From the NCBI RefSeq assembly GCF_003966335.1, contig NZ_CP034549.1:2490001-2522000 (forward strand): a DNA stretch of 32,000 bases, read 5' to 3'. Both the position numbers and the translations under genes were made by a program. The notes under the pieces are model-generated. The model made no database searches. It was given only the letters and a program-made list of their open reading frames with translations, and had not been told where the DNA came from. Positions 27,177 through 32,000 of the stretch are shown here, one piece after another. The stretch is from Nonlabens ponticola. Its GTDB lineage: Bacteria; Bacteroidota; Bacteroidia; Flavobacteriales; Flavobacteriaceae. Numbering within the stretch: the stretch's first letter is position 1; every line of letters begins with the position of its first letter.

Positions 27177-27830
27177 ATGAAGAAACTTCTCAATATTGTC
27201 GTCTTTTTATTGATTGCTGGTGTCATTGCTGTGATATTTTTACAACAATACATACAACAAACTTCTAAAGATAGTATCGCGACCAACATAGAAATGCTGG
27301 AACCTGCTTATACGGGAATTGTGTTAGGTGCAAGCGTGTTGCCCGATCAGTCACTCTCACCAGTTCTCAAGGCTCGTGTAGATGCTGCTTTACTAGCCTA
27401 TGAACAAGGGAAGATTGAGCGCTTTTTGTTGAGCGGTGATCATGGTGATCGCGACTATGATGAGGTAAATCCGATGAAAAACTATCTAGTTAAAAAAGGG
27501 GTTCCTACCGCAGATATTTTTCTAGATCATGCTGGTTTTGACACTTATGATAGCATGATACGAGCACGTGAGATTTTTGAAGTTGATCACGCCATTGTCT
27601 TTACTCAAGAGTTTCATTTACCACGAGCCATTTATCTAGGCAATCGATTAGGGCTTAACATACAAGGCTACATAGCAGATCCAGAAGGCTATGAACCATC
27701 ATCCAGCCTCAAACGTAGAGAGTGGCTGGCCAATATCAAAGCATGGGCAGAAATCAACATCAATCAACGACCTACTCATGATGGAAAAGCTATTCCTATC
27801 ACTGGCGATAGCAGCCAGAGTTATGACTAA
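27177..27830 (+). CDS. SanA/YdcF (DUF218) family envelope protein
   Basis: N-terminal TM anchor, then GIVLGASV...LLSGDHG...YDEVNPMKNYL...DHAGFDTYDS, which is typical of SanA-like proteins. Confidence 0.8.
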   Translation: MKKLLNIVVFLLIAGVIAVIFLQQYIQQTSKDSIATNIEMLEPAYTGIVLGASVLPDQSLSPVLKARVDAALLAYEQGKIERFLLSGDHGDRDYDEVNPMKNYLVKKGVPTADIFLDHAGFDTYDSMIRAREIFEVDHAIVFTQEFHLPRAIYLGNRLGLNIQGYIADPEGYEPSSSLKRREWLANIKAWAEININQRPTHDGKAIPITGDSSQSYD

Positions 27831-27923
27831 CTGTTATTCAATTTTTAACAGGATAGGTTAAGGTGTGTTAAGTAAGCCACTTCTATTACCGTAATCTCTT
27901 ATCTTGAAAAGAAAATAAGAATT

Positions 27924-28073
27924 ATGAGTGATAAGACACCAAACCCAGAAAAGACTAGTAAAAAAGAACAAGCTATCAATCTTGAAGCAACGCATGGTAA
28001 GGATATCAACCATCAGGTAAAAGATAAAAAAGAGCATCACCAGCCACGAGATACTATTGCTAGACAGGATTAA
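27924..28073 (+). CDS. Candidate 49-aa hydrophilic small protein (not in the ORF track)
   Basis: I translated this manually: ATG at 27924, MSDKTPNPEKTSKKEQAINLEATHGKDINHQVKDKKEHHQPRDTIARQD, TAA at 28071. A strong terminator begins 19 nt later. Confidence 0.4.
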   Translation: MSDKTPNPEKTSKKEQAINLEATHGKDINHQVKDKKEHHQPRDTIARQD

Positions 28074-28091
28074 TTCCTCAATACTGTATTG

Positions 28092-28120
28092 AAAAACTGC
28101 CCTAGAGGCAGTTTTTTTTT
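28092..28120 (+). terminator. Rho-independent terminator (potentially bidirectional)
   Basis: Stem CTGCC/GGCAG, extendable by pairing between the A and T runs. A 5-nt loop is followed by nine T residues. Confidence 0.65.
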
Positions 28121-28154
28121 ATGCCTGGTCACAAACAATTTAAATAAATACATT

Positions 28155-28162
28155 TATATTTG
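28155..28162 (+). promoter_or_regulatory. Candidate -7 box (TAtaTTTG) for the tRNA gene
   Basis: Matches TAnnTTTG 35 nt upstream of the tRNA 5' end. Confidence 0.45.
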
Positions 28163-28196
28163 CACCCGCAAAAAGCTCAATGCTTTTTACGATCCA

Positions 28197-28281
28197 GGAG
28201 AAGTGGCAGAGTGGTCGAATGCACTGGTCTTGAAAACCAGCGAGGGTCACACCTCCAGGGGTTCGAATCCCTTCTTCTCCG
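28197..28281 (+). tRNA. tRNA-Ser (anticodon TGA)
   Basis: I folded this manually. The acceptor stem is GGAGAAG/CTTCTCC with discriminator G, and there is a D-arm. The anticodon stem CTGGT/ACCAG carries the loop CTTGAAA. There is a long variable arm and a T-arm with GTTCGAATC. CCA is not encoded. Confidence 0.95.
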
Positions 28282-28285
28282 CATA

Positions 28286-28324
28286 AAAGCCTGGTATCTC
28301 AATGATACTGGGCTTTCTTTTTTT
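28286..28324 (+). terminator. Rho-independent terminator after the tRNA
   Basis: A 13-bp stem (AAAGCCTGGTATC/GATACTGGGCTTT, 2 G-U pairs), a 5-nt loop and a T-rich tail. Confidence 0.65.
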
Positions 28325-28502
28325 CGGTTGACAAATTAGTTGACCTATTTCTTCAAATCAGACTCCCTTTCTCGTATTTAATTCATAGCTCATAATCAGA
28401 AACTACCCTTGTCTAAGAATAAATTAGGTAGCTTTGTATTGAACTTAAAATTTAATATGTGAAGTAAAACTTCTCAAAACTTATTATAGCGTTTAGCTCT
28501 AG

Positions 28503-28610
28503 ATCCAATCGAAATCGCCAATTTTTTGATCTGACAAGCTGTTTTAAACGCGGTGCCCATGGGCGCTGCTGTTTACTCTTGTCATGGTGTTTGGCGATAC
28601 CCGATTGGAT
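28503..28610 (+). other. Extended imperfect hairpin of about 108 nt (possible structured RNA or leader, or a DNA recombination site)
   Basis: I paired this manually. The nested helices, from outermost to innermost, are: 28503-28511 with 28602-28610 (9 bp); 28514-28521 with 28591-28598 (8 bp); 28532-28538 with 28578-28584 (7 bp); 28546-28549 with 28571-28574 (4 bp); 28550-28557 with 28562-28569 (8 bp, 2 G-U pairs). The apex is the palindrome GCCCATGGGC. Confidence 0.6.
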
Positions 28611-28645
28611 AGTAATTCAGTTAGCGCCTTCTTTAATTGGACATT

Positions 28646-29635
28646 ATGATCGAGAATACTTTTAAGCTAGAATTTGACAAAGAGACAGCTACCGAAACTC
28701 AAAAAAAACTAATTAAGCGTTACTGGGATTACGACGCAGAGAATAAAGGCTTTAAAGAAAAGGTAAACTATATTTTTTCAGAAAATAACATGTCAGTACA
28801 GTCTAATCTGAAAGTAATTAATAGACACTCGACCATGAGAATTCAACATATTTGTCAGGTCTGTCTAGATGAATATTGGTTACCGGTATCCTCACGAGCT
28901 AGATTTTTGTCTGGCATCACTGCTCATCATGATATACCTAATTATTTCACCTGTCAGTCCTGTGCTGCTTTACAAAGACTAGAACAACAGCAAAGGGGAA
29001 TAGATAAGAAGATAAAGATTATTAAAACAATCCAGGAAGCTTATGATTCACAACTATACAATTATTTAACAAGCTTTGAATTTGAGGTACTGGTAAAAAC
29101 ATTAGAAGATGATTACTTTAATATTACTTTAAAATATTATGCTAACGAAGGTGTGCATGAGACATTTATTGATGCCATTGATAAGTTAAATGATTTACAG
29201 CTATTATACATCAATCCAAAATCAAAGCATAAATATTATCGAGAGATCCTATACGCAGAAGAAACAAAACAAATACTTTCAGCTATTCCAGGCGGTCATC
29301 GAGATTCCACGTTTAGAATAATAACCGAAGCTGATACACCGTCCATTCATAGTTCTGAGTTTTCAAGTGAACTTAAATTTTTTCTTCATCCAAATAAAAA
29401 TAAATCGGGATTGAGTCCTGATTTTACTACCTTGATAGAAATTAAAGAAGATATTATTTTACGTAAGGGAACAACCTTTACAGCGGGAGGCTGGATAAAG
29501 AACAACGAAGGCATTAATGTTACCATCGTACCTACAGAAAAAATCGTTAATAGGACTCGTAGCATACCATTGAGTAAAGTACCTGAATCGTTGGGAACGC
29601 TGATTAATAATTATTTGAACAACTTAAATGAATAA
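28646..29635 (+). CDS. Hypothetical protein with a 2xCxxC zinc-ribbon-like motif; island gene A
   Basis: ORF of 329 aa from the ATG at 28646, or 332 aa from the TTG at 28637. It has CQVC and CQSC pairs 30 residues apart, then a Gln/Lys-rich helical linker. I recognise no catalytic family. Confidence 0.7.
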   Translation: MIENTFKLEFDKETATETQKKLIKRYWDYDAENKGFKEKVNYIFSENNMSVQSNLKVINRHSTMRIQHICQVCLDEYWLPVSSRARFLSGITAHHDIPNYFTCQSCAALQRLEQQQRGIDKKIKIIKTIQEAYDSQLYNYLTSFEFEVLVKTLEDDYFNITLKYYANEGVHETFIDAIDKLNDLQLLYINPKSKHKYYREILYAEETKQILSAIPGGHRDSTFRIITEADTPSIHSSEFSSELKFFLHPNKNKSGLSPDFTTLIEIKEDIILRKGTTFTAGGWIKNNEGINVTIVPTEKIVNRTRSIPLSKVPESLGTLINNYLNNLNE

Positions 29636-29666
29636 TCAATATAATTTTTGACTAAATCATTTCTTT

Positions 29667-29975
29667 ATGCTGAAATCTAGTAATGTCCTCGATGAGTTGG
29701 AAAGTTTGTACTGCACCTCAATAGATATTGAATTATTTGGAGTCACCTCTTTTACAGATCTTGATGAAGTGATAGATATGGAGATCGAGACCTGGGCTGA
29801 TCTTGACAAACCAATTTCTGAAATAGAGCGTCTAGCTCAAAAAGCAATAGGCACATACATCTTGACTATGGATGATCCAGATCGCTTACAAGAGTATATC
29901 TGTCGAAAGAAAACTATAGACTTCTTGACAGAAATGAATTCAATCCTGGAAAAACTAAAAATTAGAATAAATTAA
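29667..29975 (+). CDS. Hypothetical small acidic protein (102 aa); island gene B
   Basis: The ATG lies 31 nt after gene A, on the same strand. The protein is Asp/Glu-rich and I recognise no family. Confidence 0.6.
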   Translation: MLKSSNVLDELESLYCTSIDIELFGVTSFTDLDEVIDMEIETWADLDKPISEIERLAQKAIGTYILTMDDPDRLQEYICRKKTIDFLTEMNSILEKLKIRIN

Positions 29976-30113
29976 AAATTGTGCTGAAGTGATCAAAGCG
30001 TTCTTAAGATCTTGCACGAAAGTGATGAACACACATTATAATATTTCTTAGCTTACAAGGTCATAATCATACTTCTCAAATTTTGCTCTGTCCTAGTTTC
30101 GACTAGTTCAAAA

Positions 30114-30337
30114 ACATTTTGAATACGAAAGTTAAATGAAACAGTCGTCGAACTTCAGTAATTTTACAACTCGTTTTAGATAATATTGGTTCTTGAAACG
30201 ATTAAGAGAAAATGGAATTTAAAGCGACCTCGATAAATATCGCTTTTTTACTTTCTGAAATTATCCGCATATAGCATAACGTTTGGAATTGAATCATGTA
30301 AATTATCTGTTTGATTTGACTTTCGTATTCAAAGTAT
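30114..30337. repeat. 224-bp segment bounded by 23-bp imperfect inverted repeats (MITE-like or a long-range RNA helix)
   Basis: The left arm is ACATTTTGAATACGAAAGTTAAA (30114-30136). The right arm is 30315-30337. They match at 20 of 23 positions, with a perfect 15-bp core TTTGAATACGAAAGT. Confidence 0.5.
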
Positions 30338-30420
30338 TGGGTTATTTCCGAGCATTTCTTAGCTACTTCCGATTAAATTAAAATTTGACAGTACTATTGT
30401 TAAGCTAGAGATTCAGATAT

Positions 30421-31815
30421 TTAATAAGAAACTTTACTAGGTTTTACACCCCACGGAACAGGTTGTAGTCCATGTTTCAATGTTGCGCCTTTTGTAGTGC
30501 GATTATAGTATTCGCCATGGTATTCTAGGATATTAAGTAAGGCCAATTCTATGTACCATATGCACAGTTCTAATATCTCATATTTTGTACTCATGTCAAT
30601 TTTATTCAACTTCATTCTTTTTTCGATTTGAGAATGAACTATCATATTACGAACTTCGGTTATCACATCCGGACCGTCTAATGCGCGTTTTTGTTCTGAG
30701 ACATAAGAATTCAAACATTTTAATCCAAGAGGTACCTCTGTTTCAATACCTAGGTTTTTGACGATAAGTCTAATTTTGTTTGATGCTGAAATGGAGGATG
30801 CATCTCTTCCTGATAGTAATCCTTTTTTCTCTACTATCCACCAATTATAAATTAGTTCTAAAGCAGTTTGAGCCATAATGATAGAACTTTCAGTAAAGCC
30901 AACATTGTTATTAGCATTCAAGTACCAATGTATTGCCGTGAAAAGAAAATCTTCGTCATGTGGGTCGGACGCGACTTTCTTATAGTTTTTCCACAATTGA
31001 TCTATTGAAAGGTAAATTCTACTAGGACACCAGGTTTGCGGTAAACTAAACGGTTCTATGAGATAGCTTGTGTAATCCGTCCATAAAGGCTCGTCTTTGT
31101 TCAGACCTTGCGCCATGAATCCAGAAATACGTCTACCATTTATAAAAGAAAGGAAATTGTTTACCAGCCTGAAAATGCTTTGAGATTCACTTAAATTTAG
31201 TGGCTCCTTATGGCAGGTCAATTTACCTGATGCCAATATATCAAAACCTCCCAGATTTTCTAATCCTTTTAGTTTTTTATCGTAATCATATACAGAATCG
31301 ATAATGAACTTGTAATTCTCATCCCCAAATGTTAATCTTGATTTTGATGTTCTATTCTCAATAACTCCTATTTTTTTTTGGACTGGATAACCATACAGCC
31401 GCCGTAAGTTAGGTATCGAAAAAACTATCTCATTTACTTTTACCGATGGGTCGCCAGTATATGTCTCGAAGGCAAAAACACCCTCAAATGTTATACTACC
31501 AAAATTGTCAAAATTGACTAGAGTGAGAAATGCCTTGCCTGCAAGATTATCATTAATGACCACCTCAAAGTATTCAAGTTTCCTGAAAATCTCAAAACTG
31601 AATTTATTCAGAAGCTCCGGTTTACCCAAAAATCTTACACCAACCAATGGTAGCCAGTGAAATGAAAATTTACCAAGGCAGGAAATTGAAACATTGTCTG
31701 AAACTATTTCAAATCTTCCATCATGAATAATAATACTAGCATTAGTCGTGGGAAGGGTAATGTGTTCTATAATTGTTGGGTATCTGCTATCCGGATCCGT
31801 AATATCTGAGGTCAA
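30421..31815 (-). CDS. HEPN-type (R-x4-H) domain protein with a large uncharacterised N-terminal domain, possibly ApeA-like; island gene C
   Basis: RNMIVH is encoded at 30634-30651, within a helical C-terminal region. The N-terminal region of about 230 aa is beta-rich. The TTG at 31815 is the only canonical start after the in-frame stop at 31849-31851. Confidence 0.7.
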   Translation of the reverse strand: MTSDITDPDSRYPTIIEHITLPTTNASIIIHDGRFEIVSDNVSISCLGKFSFHWLPLVGVRFLGKPELLNKFSFEIFRKLEYFEVVINDNLAGKAFLTLVNFDNFGSITFEGVFAFETYTGDPSVKVNEIVFSIPNLRRLYGYPVQKKIGVIENRTSKSRLTFGDENYKFIIDSVYDYDKKLKGLENLGGFDILASGKLTCHKEPLNLSESQSIFRLVNNFLSFINGRRISGFMAQGLNKDEPLWTDYTSYLIEPFSLPQTWCPSRIYLSIDQLWKNYKKVASDPHDEDFLFTAIHWYLNANNNVGFTESSIIMAQTALELIYNWWIVEKKGLLSGRDASSISASNKIRLIVKNLGIETEVPLGLKCLNSYVSEQKRALDGPDVITEVRNMIVHSQIEKRMKLNKIDMSTKYEILELCIWYIELALLNILEYHGEYYNRTTKGATLKHGLQPVPWGVKPSKVSY

Positions 31816-32000
31816 AATATTATTATATCTGTTTATTGAAAAATTGCATCATTTAAAAGTATCGATCTACAACTGCATACTTGTTGGGACAATGCTTTAT
31901 TTGTAATACTTTTTTATAGCAATTCTCCATCCATTCGTTTAATGCATCCTTTGCAGACAAATAAATCATCTCAGTAAATTTCTATTACCACTTCATTTTC

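Noticed and set aside
27858-28040. 60-aa minus-strand ORF
   Set aside because: Its Phe/Leu-rich composition is the antisense shadow of an A-rich region. The plus-strand 49-aa ORF, which has a matching downstream terminator, is the better although still uncertain reading.
28089-28286. 65-aa ORF
   Set aside because: It is fully explained by the terminator, promoter and tRNA-Ser gene that it overlaps.
28503-28610. The long hairpin as an integron attC site
   Set aside because: The flanks lack a proper R''/R' pair. GTTAGCG at 28618-28624 does not fit GTTRRRY, and there is no complementary RYYYAAC on the left. No IntI gene and no cassette array is visible.
28503-28610. The long hairpin as a retron msr/msd
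   Set aside because: There is no reverse transcriptase gene in the window, and I found no a1/a2-type flanking repeats with a conserved branching G context.
29350-29480. A PD-(D/E)xK nuclease motif in gene A (SPD...EIK)
   Set aside because: Only six residues separate the Asp from the E-x-K, which is too short for the usual beta-hairpin, and there is no supporting upstream acidic residue. This is pattern coincidence until a structure says otherwise.
29667-29975. Gene B as the MNT nucleotidyltransferase partner of a HEPN toxin
   Set aside because: LFGVTSFTDLD superficially resembles the GS-x(n)-D-x-D motif. However, the Gly-to-DxD spacing is far too short, there is no GS dipeptide, the protein is very acidic, and it is on the opposite strand from the HEPN gene.
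1-32000. CRISPR arrays, rRNA genes, and transposase or integrase genes
   Set aside because: I looked for regularly spaced direct repeats and recognisable recombinase motifs on both strands and saw none. The only dispersed repeat is the palindrome family, which has irregular multi-kb spacing.

Overview
The window looks like chromosomal DNA from a Bacteroidota organism, most likely a marine Flavobacteriaceae. Supporting signs are a CarboxypepD_reg-type TonB-dependent receptor paired with a DUF4249 lipoprotein, TAnnTTTG -7 boxes in place of Shine-Dalgarno leaders, and many signal-peptide and beta-barrel proteins. All family calls come from motifs read by eye; no searches were run.

Positions 1-28100 are mostly ordinary core genes:
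- a sulfur-handling cluster (MBL-rhodanese fusion, split YeeE/YedE, DUF983)
- an orphan PAS histidine kinase divergent from an ECF sigma factor and its probable small regulon (2 SRPBCC proteins and an NTF2-like protein)
- an Omp85-like protein, an NhaP-type antiporter and an aldo/keto reductase
- M20 and M14 peptidases, patatin, a PAP2 phosphatase and two serine hydrolases
- a membrane-anchored XRE regulator, nitronate monooxygenase, a nitroreductase and a SanA/DUF218 protein

A 22-bp palindrome, TTACGCTTTCGCGAAAGCGTAA, is dispersed through the window: five intergenic copies, plus two copies of its core inside coding sequences.

The most interesting part starts after tRNA-Ser(TGA) at 28197-28281. 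From there to the window edge the DNA is visibly more AT-rich and holds genes I cannot place in any housekeeping family:
- a two-gene operon: a 329-aa protein with a 2xCxxC zinc ribbon, then a 102-aa acidic protein
- an extended imperfect hairpin of about 108 nt preceding that operon
- a 224-bp segment bounded by inverted repeats
- a convergent 464-aa protein with a C-terminal HEPN-type R-x4-H motif (RNMIVH)

I read this as a tRNA-flanked accessory island carrying a candidate defence or toxin module that is undescribed or poorly described. It probably continues past position 32000. I found no CRISPR array, rRNA, integrase or transposase in the window.
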